A stretch of 45,280 nt of DNA from Hydrurus foetidus. Lineage: Eukaryota. The notes below the pieces were generated by a model, which was not told where the DNA came from, did not search any database, and saw only the letters and a list, made by a program, of their open reading frames with translations. How positions within the stretch are numbered: the stretch's first letter is position 1; every line of letters starts with the position of its first letter. The stretch spans positions 1 through 45,280 of the forward strand of contig UYFQ01000818.1 of the NCBI GenBank assembly GCA_900617105.1. Reading direction: 5' to 3'. Shown here piece by piece: positions 22,201 through 34,084 of this stretch. The translations under genes and the position numbers were made by a program.

Positions 22201-25200
22201 TACTCAGGTAATTCAAGCTGAAGTCAATTGCTGCATTCTGTATTGTCTTGCATTGCACTGATTCTCCTGTACTACTGGATTGTAGTACGTACATACGTAC
22301 TTTTTTTAATACACAGCATTTTGACCTCCATATATTCTCCGCACAGCTCCCTGTATATAAAGAAACTTCCAGGCAAAGTAGAAAGGCAGCTCAGGGAGGC
22401 AGACATATTTGGCAGATAGGGGAGCCACTAGCAGTGGGTGATCTGGTCGATGCGAGGGACAGAGAGAAGTCATGGTTTGAATCGTACGTTACAGAAGTAC
22501 GTCCTTCAGCAGCAGCCTCAAGTCCAACTAGAGCCGGATCGCAAGTGAAGGAAAGATTAGATGTTAAAGTGCATTACATGGGGTGGGGCTCGAAGTGGGA
22601 TGACTGGGTATCAGAATGGGACCTTGGGTCAAGGATTGCTCCACTAAATTCTAGATCCAAGAATTGGAGAGCGGATTTATTTGAAGGCGGATTAATCGAA
22701 ATTAAATGCAATGATGACATGGTGAATCAAAAATGGATGTGGGGTAAGATAATAGCACTGAACTTTACGGAGGGTTGGGTTGATGTATCGTACACCTTCA
22801 CGAACGAACCCACTGTAGTAAAACGAGCAGACCTTTTCGGTGAGACTTTATGCATGGTGGGAATGCATACGAAAGATAAATCTAAACTAGCTGCTGCCAG
22901 CATCGTAAGACCTGAGAGAAAGGTAGAAGACCTCTTGCGCTTTAAGACGCTCAATCGGAACTCCCCTACCCTTGTGGAGGATTTCACATTCTGTGATATG
23001 GATGACGCACTCACACCAGCAGAATCGGACATTCTGGATACGATGAGAGAGGTAGACCCAGGAACTGATTCCGCTCTTAGCATCACTGACTATCCGGATA
23101 GAATCGATCAAACTGTTTGTTTCATGCCGAAAATGGATATCCACGGTCTATCCAGTCTAGGCGCTGCGAATAGCATCAGCTCTGTTTCATTCAACTGCGT
23201 GATGAGGGAGGTACTAGAGACTCTCACAGAATACCTCTACGACAAGGAAGAGCCCGAATTGCTTCCCATCAAGACCGGGGGGTCCTACACGGCGTCATCT
23301 GGTACTGAGTCTCTCGCAAGAGTGCAGGCTGCCACAGATGTGCTGCACAGTATAGCAGCCAGTGCTGCCAGACATGTGTTGGTGCCCTTCTTCTGTCGTG
23401 CTTTGACAGTGCAGTGTGGGGTGAGGGCAAAGCTGATGGTGCAGAATGAGTGGCTGCGATCTCCTAACTTGCTCAGAGTGGATGTGTCTGTGTCTCCTCT
23501 GACTGCACTGCTGGTCAGATTGGATCACCTGGGAGACAGATACTGTTCCCTCCTTTTGGAGTGCTTCGATCCCAATCGTAGTGAAGAATTCGCCAGTCAG
23601 GCGTACAGTCTTCCGGTTGATCAGCTCCAACATGCTGCAAGACGAATCAAAGCAACAGTGACAAAGTGTGCAGTGACTCCCCTGGCACAGAGATTATACA
23701 GACACACTATCCCTTCGTCTCCCTCTCCATCTAGCTGTCCCTGCATCCACTTGAATAGCCTTGCAACAGCCCTGACAGACAACTTTCTCAACGGTCCTCG
23801 ATTCAATACATCTGCTACAGCTGTCAGGAAACTGCTCTGCTCTCTCATGCGATCTTCCTCTGCGAAGGATCTAGACGTACTTGAAGTACTGTGGACCGAT
23901 ACGATATCATCTTGGGTGGTGGACACTGTTGACAGATGCTGTACATCCAGTTCATCTGCTGGTGTGTTACATGAATTAGCTGGTACTTCCTGTGAGCAGT
24001 ACATTAATGCAGTCAGGGGCGTAGGAGAGGGAGATGAGAATGCCTCCGACCATCAAGTAGATCACACAAATCCCCAGAATTTGATGATATCTGTTCCTGT
24101 TCCTGTTCCTGCGTGTGTGGCAGAGGATGTGGAGGATCGTGAGGACAACTTATCTGACCGACGTGAAGAGTCTTTCTCACACCTCCTTCATCAAGTGCTC
24201 TCTATGCTTCACAAGGCCCGGTCCATATCTGCGTTAGAGTTCTCCGTCACTCACAGATGCACTCGCTCTGCTGACGTGGCGTTCCGCACAGCTTTTGAAT
24301 TGATTTCGGATGACGCACGATGCGGTCTAATACGGGCCATGGTGAGATCCATTGATGTGCACCAAACCTCGTCATCACATAGAAACATTCTTAGAGGTCT
24401 AGATGGTGTCCGCGGAGAAGATGGAAGAGGCCGGAGTAGAGGAAGTGGCAGAGATGTCAGTGGAGAGGATTGGAGTGAGAGTGAGAGAGAGGGCGAGCTG
24501 ACTTTAGAGAGCCTTTTGGAGTTGATTAAGGTGAGGGAATTATCTCCTCTTAGTCTAAGAATCTGCCATGTTTCCAGCGTTCTTCATTGTAACGACTCTT
24601 TCATTTTATTTTAAAGCATCTGTTTCTCGTTTCCCCTCACATCACCTAGAATATCACCACCAATGCGTTGAGATCTAACAAAAACATATCAAACACACAA
24701 TGACAGATATTACTGTCAGAAGAGAATTCAAAGTATTTCGAGACCTGCTATCAACTTCAACTTGCCCACCGGTTGATCAGATCAACAGTCCCTGAGGGCA
24801 TATCTGAAAGAAGGGGGAGATTCACACACACAGAAAGGAGTGTGCTGGATAGTCTACCACCAATGTCAATGGCTTCTAAGATGATCAATGATATCGATAG
24901 AACGTGTGATACCATGAGCGATTTCAGACATCGCCTGTTGACACGATTGGACAGCGATGACATGGACTGTGAGCCCAACAATTCCTATGCACTAAGTCTT
25001 GCTGTGAAGCCTGGCGCTCTGACAGTGCACACCCTCTCCGCCTCTCACTGGCCTACAGGCTGCATGTCAGCGACAGCTTTCTCCTCCCTGATACTACCCC
25101 CTACACTCTCTGTCATGGCTGACGAATTCGAGTCATTCTTTCACTCCTCCAGCTCTACTGATGTGAGGTACATCAATGTGCTCAAATTCAAGAACTCATT

Positions 25201-28200
25201 CTCCCCTCCTGATGATCCTAAAGGTGAGAGTAGGCCAGGGGGTTCCAGAAGATTGCACTGGTGTCACGGAGAAGGCAGTGTTACACTCACATGCAGATTG
25301 AACGAAAAGCCAGGTGGCTTCTCAGTTCCTTTTTATTCAGCTGCAAGATCGACAGTAGCGAGTGTTACTCTTGTTCTCAGCACGCCACAAGCTGCTGTGC
25401 TTCTTGCCTTTCAGTCCACTGCTATGGGCCCTTCTAGTGGTAGAGACAGGGACTGTGGAGAGCGCAGTGTGCTTGACATAAGCCTGAAGACTGGTCTGTG
25501 GGGTGAAGAACTCGCATGCGTACTTCAATCACTGTGTGACTCTGCTCTGCCATTGCTCTGCAGAGGTCGATGCAACAGTGAGGCGTACATACTGTCTCCA
25601 CGCCTACTAAGCGGTCAGCTGGGAGGCTCAGACGACACTCTCATAGCAAAATCCAGTGCAAATCCGAACAAGGCATCCATACAGCTGTCCCGATCCTGGA
25701 GAGACACTTTGATAGATGCATGCATAATTCGAACGTTGAAGAAGAAGGGCACTGACACAGACAAAGGCAAAGATAAATCAGATTATTTTGTGACTTGCAA
25801 AGGAGTCACTAACAGCAACTGCCTTTCATTTCACGATCTATGCACTGCAGTGAAAACTGTTCTGGAGTTGAAAAGTCGTCTAGTGGTACTGCCATCTGAG
25901 GATGTGCGTGTCAGATGTAATTACTTGGTGGAGAAAGGGTATATAGAGGCGGTGAAAGGGTTGTCTAGTCTCTCACTTCAATCGATGGGATATGCCTATC
26001 AAGTGCAAGTGCCTGCCCCGGCCACCTCTACATGTCCTCTACGTGAAGGCATTCCAAATGGGGACAAATTGTTCCATCAGGTGTGTAATGTAGTGTCTCC
26101 TACTTTGTTAGGAACTGTAAGTGCAGAAGATATCCGGATATCGTGCAGTCAATTTAGTAGAGCAGTCATGGGGTGGATGGTAAAGTCCCCCTTCGAGTCG
26201 AGAGTGACGTCATCCACGTTGAACACCTTTCCCATGGTTAGATCTCTCGCTCCTATCCCTATTCCTACCCCCATCCCCGTCCCTGTCCCCTATGGTATCG
26301 CATCCTTGGGGCCACGCAATGAGTCTCCCGTACAGCGGAGGGAAACCGGTAGGATGTATGCAGATGACGAGGATAGAAGTGGGGAGCAGAAGGACAACAT
26401 CTATCTCGCAAACATTCGGTGCAAGAGTTACCCCCAAATCGGCACTCGGTACCGAGGAATGACACCTAGGGAATATAGCGCATCCAATGAAAGTCTACGC
26501 AGCATCCACAAAAAACTAGTGCTAGCGTTCTCGGCTAGTGTGGAGCAAGTGCGGAGACTTAAACATCAACACTTACTCATCTTTGGAATCGATGGATCCA
26601 CGGTACCTTTCAGAGACACACATTTCTCGACTTCAAAAAAGGACCATCTAGTCTACAGAAACTTGATAGATGGACTTGGAGTTGATTCCGAGGAGTGTGA
26701 GACATTATTCGATGTCAACAAAACAGTTCTATGCAGTCTGCCGCGGCGTACTATTCAACTTGTGCTAGATGTATTCGAAAGTTTGCAAACTCGCCCTCAA
26801 ACTGATCACGTTGAGGATGGCCTTAATGCTGATGTCAAAGGCATGCGCCTCGACTCCACATCACTGCCAACATCTGGGGACCCCAGTGAGTGTGAGGGCG
26901 AGGGAGAGGGGGACGAGTCAAAGGGATCCCCCAGAAGTACTGACAGCCGCGGTAGCAGCAATAATGGTGGTGGTGCTAATGCCATTTACACCGTCGCTGT
27001 GGACCGATGGGACTTCAAGAGGGTTACACCTGACTGCAGAATCACTCCCACCAGAGCACTTGAACCACCTCTAGACTTGGAGTCATGCCATGTGAAGAAG
27101 CCTTCAGCGAGTCACGCATCAGTAGAGGGAAAAAATTTAGACAATACACCTGCTTCTCAGAGACAGGACAGTCAGGGAGTCAAGAGTAAGGGCGGTAGTG
27201 AAGCACCGCATGCGCATGTGTTAGATAGCAGAGCAGTCCTGATAGAGCGTGTGAAGAGTACTTGGGACCAGCCCTCTAGAATTAGAGAGGATTCCTTTCA
27301 AGCCCTCTTAGAGTCCCTCAGTGCAGCTTCAATCGATGCCAATCAGCATCAAAATAGCACGACCAGCCCGCCTCAAAGTCACCCACACAGCACGGACATC
27401 GCGTACAACTCTTTCTATGTGCACCCTAGAGAAGGTCTTTCCCTCTCTCTGTCTTTTCTGGAACATATTCAAGAGCGGTTACATTTCGCAGATCCTCACA
27501 GTGGAGATGAAGGTGAGGAAATATGCAATGGCGAGAACTCATACTCTCTCTGGCGGTCGCGATTGAATTTTGTTACGATAAATTGCACGTTTGCGTCTCT
27601 CACCTATCATCTGTGCCATACCCAAAATGAATCCCCTTCATACCATACCCTCCTCTAATCATTTCTCTACTATTTCTCTTTTTCTCTCCGTGCTTCTTCC
27701 ATCATCTTTACCTTTCACAGAGAGAGTATCCCCTCACTCCGACTCCACCTCGAGTCATCGAGATGACGTCACGGACGCCTTCTCGTCCTCACCAAGGAAG
27801 AAGTCACCCTCTGCAATTAGCGGCCTTCCTCTTATAGCCGAGCGAAAATTATCTGGTTTGCTCTCCTCAGATCGTAGTGGTGACACCCCATCAAATTACA
27901 TGACTCTGTCCGAGTTTGTTGCGCTGGCCCTCAGGGTCGCATCTCCTAGAGGTGTGGACAGGGCAGGGTTTGCAAGGAGATCTCCAGCCGTCCCTTCCTC
28001 TGTCTCTGGGAAGAGCGAGAGTGACAGATATGACCCATCAAGATCGCATCCTGACAGCTTCTATACGGACAGCAACAAGTGGATGGACGATCAGTCACGA
28101 TTCGCTACTGGTGCACACACACAGACTGCACCGCACACATTGCCTCACACAATGAAGAACGCAGCAGCCAAAGATCATCGAGTGAGGGAGAAGACTTCAC

Positions 28201-31104
28201 GTATATGCAGCAGCAACAGAGATCGCAAAGTGCGTATGCGCGTCACGAGGAGCACCCCTACGGCATCACTGTCCTCGTCAGGGCTGTCAAACTCTCATAC
28301 AACAGGTGCATCTGATGACGTTGCAGGAGGAGGCGGGGAGGCGTTTGAGTGCAACTTCAACTCCCTCAAGACAACAGCATTTAGAAACCCTCCGTATGAG
28401 GACCTACCCACTACCTTGAGTCTACCAAGCAGTGCAGATCAATTGGCATCCTCCCGCTTCCTCTTCGGTACTAGCTACCACACGCCACGCACCCCTGACA
28501 TGGATTGTTCTGAGAGAGAAACAGAATCAGGGGGGTCGGGGTCGGGGACTGGAGGCAGTTCTGTTTTAAGCTATTCGGACACCTACAAGCAAGTCAGCGA
28601 TCAACTTCCGACGACGCCCTCTCCGTTTCGACACCTTTCTTACGACAGTAACAGCAACAGCAACAGCAGCAGCGCATCACCCAACTCCCACAACTCAAGC
28701 ATGTTCTCCGATGCTGCAAAGTCGCACACTCCTGTTCTGACTCCTCGCCTACAGCTGCACCACCATGATGCAGCTCCACCAGCAGCAGGAGGTAGTCCCA
28801 GTATATCTACCGTTTTGAAGAATCCATACTGTGTTTCAACAGCCACTTCTCCTCACACTAGTGCGAAAGAACAAGTGACGTCATCATGTGACGCACCACT
28901 AGTGGATCGGAATAAATGGCACTATAACCCCTTGTATTCAGAACAATTCGACAACACCTGGATCACTGGAAAGAAAGCCGTCAGCAGCAGTGGCGGTAGC
29001 AATATTGGTAGTGGCAATGGTAGTGGGACAGAGAGCAGTTTACAGGACGCCATTAGCTGTTACATGAGAAAAATGGACATTTGTCTCGGGGAGATATTGG
29101 GGGTGTTTGAGAGCACACACAGCAGAGCTTTCTTCGCTACAGAGCAGGGAGGACCATTGTCCGCTGAAAAGAAAGCAGAGGAAAGCACGTCTACTTCTAT
29201 ACTTGAGAACACTATGCTCGCGTTACTGGACAATATTACGTCACATTCTCTCAAGCCATCCAGACAGTCACGGCATAACTCATCTTTAGTGCAAGTTTCC
29301 GTCCTCATCAGCCGCGTTGATGAAGACATCGGGGCATACATGCGCTATATAGAGGAGTGCTTCTACTCACTTGACATAGATAAAGATGGATATTTGACCT
29401 TAAGGGATTTCACAGAAGAGGACTTTGGGTGCTCTCTGGTATCTATCGCATCTGATGTAGACAGTGATAATGAAGAAGAAAATGAAGATGGAAGCGAAGA
29501 GAAGAGCACTGAACAAACAGGTGCACCATCTGGTGCCAATATAAGCGTTCTATCATCTCCATCAGAGACATCCCCATCCCTCGCTTCCTCTCCATATCCC
29601 CACTCCCCTAGAACTCTGAGTCTTGCGAAGCAGGTATGACCCTGTTGACATGGCAGCTGATGTGATTTGTTGGCTGACTTGCTAGCGCACAACTTCAATG
29701 TGCTGATCTCTTTCTTCCTTTCTTATCATGAACAATCAGCATACACTCGGAACAATCGCTATTGACAGCTTGGTGCAGCGCATACTTCAGTTCTTGGAGT
29801 GCGACATGTCTATGTCCCACGAAGTTCTCCATCTCCTCGTGCAATTCAAATGGGACCCAGACGCCCTCTTACTCCACCTCACAGAGTCGTCTAGAGCAGG
29901 AGTGAGAGAATCTATTTCTGCAGAGAGAAGTTACCGCATGATGTCAGCTACTCTCAACAGACTGGGACCTAAGCGCAAGGGAGAGAACGCACTAGTGTTT
30001 CCGTGTGTGTGCGGCTCATTCTCCAACACATGCGATGTATACGCCATGAAGGAGTGCGGTCACTGGCTGTGTCGCACTTGCTGGCTAGACGTCATCTACA
30101 GCTCATGTGAATCTCTCAGTGCTCCTCAATCTTCTCTATGGAAGTGCCCACACACAGCATGCGGCGCTACCATGCAAGGAGACTTTGTCAGCAACTTACG
30201 AGGCAAGGCAGACACGTACATCCAGTGGAACTACTACATCTCACAACTCCACTCTAATGCAGACTATCTGCATCTGGATGATCAGAATATAGGTGACTCT
30301 TCGTTCTCCCCTTCTCTCTCCTCTACTTACAAGTGTCCCTCTCCTGCCAGCGCTGAAGTTATGGCGTGGTGGACCGGTTCATCCCAGAGCTCTTCTCCCT
30401 TTCCGAAGATCTCAAAGGGCGACACACGATCCTCACACTTTCTTTTTCAGTCAGCGATTGAGCTGGGTCATATTGTCGACAAAGATCGGGAGAGGGATAC
30501 GTCAAGTAGCGGAGGTGCATCTCCCGCTGATCATATTAATGGCGGGTTGCTGATGACCATAGAGGCGTACAGGCGAATAGTTGGCAGTGCCGATGCAGCT
30601 GAGCGCTGTGCCTTGGATGCTACCACTGCTGCGGAGAGTGCAGTAGATGGTGCAGCTGCTGTAAGACTACTCAACCTGTCGGATAGGTGGGGTCTGCTGG
30701 TAGACACCCTTACTCTTCTCGCACATACGCACGTCATGCTCGCTGCAGAAGCGGAGTTCAGAGACGCCTCTCAGCCCCTGTTTCTTGGGAGGTCTGGTGA
30801 GTCATGGGCGGACATGCGGTGCATATCCACCTATGTGGAGGTGTTCGAGAGGCTCGCTGCGTCTTACAGCGATGCCCTCTCAAAGCTCACCAGTGAGTCC
30901 GTCAAAAACACGCAGCAGACAGGACCTGAGATATGTGCACTCACAGTACAGACCCACAATATGGCTGGTACCGTCCGTATGATGCAAGGGAAGCTCATAG
31001 AAAGACTTGCAGCGACACACAGACTGCAGCCCAAATGCATAATAAGTGCACCGGATAGCTCAGTACGACTCGAAAGAGAGTTCAATGTGTCTCCCCTCCA
31101 CTAA
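19265..31104 (+). CDS. Giant multidomain protein (~3,658 aa, 7 exons): NHL repeats, tandem Tudor/chromo-barrel-like, cullin homology with neddylation winged helix, EF-hand, Ariadne-type UBA-like/RING1/helical domain
   Basis: Exons 19265-19658, 19748-20115, 20261-22207, 22347-24530, 24707-27512, 27721-29633, 29740-31104 (10,977 nt; all GT-AG, phases compatible). NHL: P.GICID..., IYVADTNNHRI. Tudor-like: VGDLVDARD...W...VKVHYMGWGSKWDDWV...RIAP. Cullin: YFETCYQLQLAHRLI, TLSASHWP, RRLHWCHGEG, STPQAAVLLAF, IDACIIRTLKK, YLVEKGYI. EF-hand: DIDKDGYLTLRD. RING1: CVC...CGHWLCRTCW...CPHTAC. That the exons form one transcript is inferred. Confidence 0.8.
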
Positions 31105-31660
31105 ATTGATTTATCCTGTTCATAACACTCTCCAACGAAACACACTTACATGAAAGAGAAGTTTCAGTGACGGTTGGCAAAGCCGGTCGTAAGCTGGAGA
31201 AACAACTTGGCGCTAGAGAAAAACAGTGCGATGTATACGCCACATCCGAATTTTAAATTATGTACATTATTTTCCTTGATATTGAATCTCTTGATATAGC
31301 TCCCACATCAATTTCCTTTCAGACTCACTGTACAACTTAGAACAAAACAAACACTTGCTGTAAGATTCAGACAAGAATGCTGGTAACCGAAGAATCTTGA
31401 TACTAAACACAAGGAACGTCTTTCATGTCTAGCAGACTTACTGACATCGGTATCTATCGGCGTTATTACTGTGATAAGAGTTACGAGTATGATACATGGC
31501 ACTGTTTCCTGTTGCACTCAAAAATTCTGAGGAATGGAAGAAGACGGGTTTGATTACCACTGCTGGGTGACTTTCCATCTCGAGTTTCAAATTTTTATCA
31601 CATTCCCCAAGTGCCTTCTGTCTAGTCGACCGACCCCGTCACTTCGAATTACGCCAAAAA

Positions 31661-32074
31661 TCACTTTTTCTTCTCCACAAGTTCAATTTCATCTAATGAA
31701 AAATGCGCCTTCCAATCGTCTACCAGTGGATCATAGTTGTTGCCGATGAAACGGACTTGAACAGGTGCGTCGAAAGCGAGTTCAGCGCAGCAGCAATGTG
31801 GGTCGACTTCGCATTTTTCCCAGACGTCACAGACTATACCCTGAAATCCCATCGAGCTGAATTCTGGAAGTGAGTTCGGTCTGTGCAAAACATTCTTGAT
31901 AACTTCCACTTTGTCCCCCACTGAGAAAAATATCGAAGCCGTGCTTCCGTCCCTCATGGAAATCGACCTAATTCCATTATTACCGCGATGAGTTCCGACA
32001 AATTGGAAAGCGACCGTCTCCATTGCCAACGTGCTTAGTCCTGTCAAGAACAGCAGGAAAAGCCAGTGCACCAT
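31661..32074 (-). CDS. Small (137 aa) pre-sequence-bearing protein resembling the ferredoxin-thioredoxin reductase variable (alpha) chain, SH3-like; likely plastid-targeted
   Basis: Hydrophobic signal MVHWLFLLFLTGLSTLA, then TVA-FQF (Phe at a plausible cleavage site) and a Ser/Arg-containing transit-like stretch. Core VGDKVEV..NVLHRP...F..MGFQG.V ... PVQVRF ... WKAHFSLDEIELV. Confidence 0.65.
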   Translation of the reverse strand: MVHWLFLLFLTGLSTLAMETVAFQFVGTHRGNNGIRSISMRDGSTASIFFSVGDKVEVIKNVLHRPNSLPEFSSMGFQGIVCDVWEKCEVDPHCCCAELAFDAPVQVRFIGNNYDPLVDDWKAHFSLDEIELVEKKK

Positions 32075-32188
32075 CTCGATCTGCAATTAAAAAATTAGTG
32101 TCACTGAATTCATTTTTTCCAATTGAAAACACTGCGATGAATCTGCATACTGGTATACCTGGAACCGGGGGTGTGTAGAACGTAGAAC

Positions 32189-33721
32189 CAAGGGGGTATA
32201 GAAGGAGAGGGGGCGGTTTCGAGACCCATCCCCACTCAAATTTTTCTCACCAACCCCTCACCTAAATTTCAAAATTCTGAACTACCCGCGGTCGTAGTAT
32301 GGTGCAGTACGAAGTACCGCGTAGTCGAAGAGATTTCAGCCTGCGGAACTCCATCGGTGGCCGAAAGGAAGATAAATCCATAAGCGAGAGATTTAAATCC
32401 GCTGGAATTTTTCCGGTGGAGTTGAAGCCCTTTTTTTCCCGCAATATCTTAGAAAATTCCAAACTTTTCGCAGGTCGATCAAATTCATCAGAGATTCTGG
32501 TAGTGAAACCGATGCCAGACCTTCTTGCATCCAATGTTTTAAACAGGTAGGCTGAATGAACTTCAAAAATTCCTTTCAACGAGCTCTGTGGGTCGAGAAA
32601 TTGCAATCTCCTATGCACCCTGTTTATTACCAAAAACGGTAGCATCACAAATTTAGCCAGAAATCATTTTCCGAAGCACTTACAGGCACCAAAAGTTCAG
32701 GCTCTTCGAGAGGAGTCGGGCGCACTCCTAGGATTTTGCTGAATATTGCTACATTTTTTTTATTCACCTATTTAATCTCGAATTAATTGATCACAAAATT
32801 ACCCAGTTTTTCATCTTTTTTAACGCCGGCACTTCACAACTGCGAGCAATATCACTTCTGAGTTACTCAAAAACTAATGAGTGCTCAATGTTTTATTACT
32901 TACAGCACATGAAACACGTTGTAACTCAATAATGTCTATCTATTCTATAAAAATCTGCCGTTTTTTGTAGCTGCACAACCAATACTGCCAATTGCAGGAG
33001 GGATCAGCCAATTGCAGATCCTGTAGCAAATCCTAAACTAAGCAATACATCAAGACCTTAGAGAGTTGTCTAGATGTCCTGTTAGCCCTGATCGAAGTTT
33101 AAACGAGTTGAATATCATGAGATAAATTCCTCGCCAAACAATGCTTGAAAGACAGTTCAACGGCAGTCGAGCAGAGGTTCACTACCTTCAGCCACGATTG
33201 AGATCTTATCTAAAATGGTGTCTTCTTCACAGCAGTTTTCAACCTGTTGGCCTGTAGAATTTGTTGCAGCAGTGCAGAGAAAATTAGGCGAAAGCAGACA
33301 GCAAATTTGTCGAAATCGATAACTTCATGAATATTGTACTGTGCCTTGGCAAATTCAGGGAATAACTCTGTAGTGGATAATTTGAGCTAATCCTCAAATC
33401 TGCCAAGGTGACGATCAGTATTCAAATTTCAATTTCATCGAGAGACGCTTACCATTATGGGGAAGAGCCAAATGGCGACACCCGTCGCAGACGAAATTCG
33501 TTGAACTGGAGGAGTGGAAAATTGCAACACACCATCACGGCCGATCGGCGAGGACGTGTTGCAGTTCCTGGATTTGCTCCACGCTGCGAAAGTGTAGGTT
33601 AATTGCAGCATTCATGATGCCAACTGCACTCGGGTAGTTCAGAGTTAGGTGAGGGGTTGGTGAGAAAAATTTGAGTGGGGATGGGTCTCGTAACCGCCCC
33701 CTCTCCTTCTATACCCCCTTG
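32189..33721. mobile_element. Non-autonomous DNA transposon, 1,533 bp, 77-bp TIRs, 7-bp TSD (P-superfamily-like ends)
   Basis: TIRs 32189-32265 and 33645-33721 (CAAGGGGGTATAGAAGGAGAGGGGGCGG...CCTCACCTAA, 1 mismatch). Flanked by the direct repeat GTAGAAC at 32182-32188 and 33722-33728. No transposase-sized ORF inside. Confidence 0.92.
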
Positions 33722-34084
33722 GTAGAACATTCGACGGATGAGAACAGAAAGAAAACAGAAAACAAGGCAAATCCAATCCACAGATAGTGAAAATTCAAAA
33801 TAATAGGGGGGAAAATCAAAAATCAGAACTACTGAAGCGAGGGTTGCAGATATCTAGTATCTAGTGGCAAAGTGAAAGGATCTCGTTCGATCTCGATGAC
33901 AGCGAACACACGCGAAATTAGTTGTTCACATCGTCGCATCCGTAGGTCAAGTGATAAACCATCAACGTGCCTTAGTTGTCGGAAAACTACATAGCACAAG
34001 CAAGCGGATTGATCTCACACTAGAGTGTCCAACGTTCGACGTCCACCATCAGGAACATAACGCAGCAAGTTGTATTTGATAGTA

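Noticed and set aside
32262..33602. Short ORFs inside the TIR element as transposase remnants
   Set aside because: No THAP, DDE or other recognisable motif; all are 128 aa or shorter.
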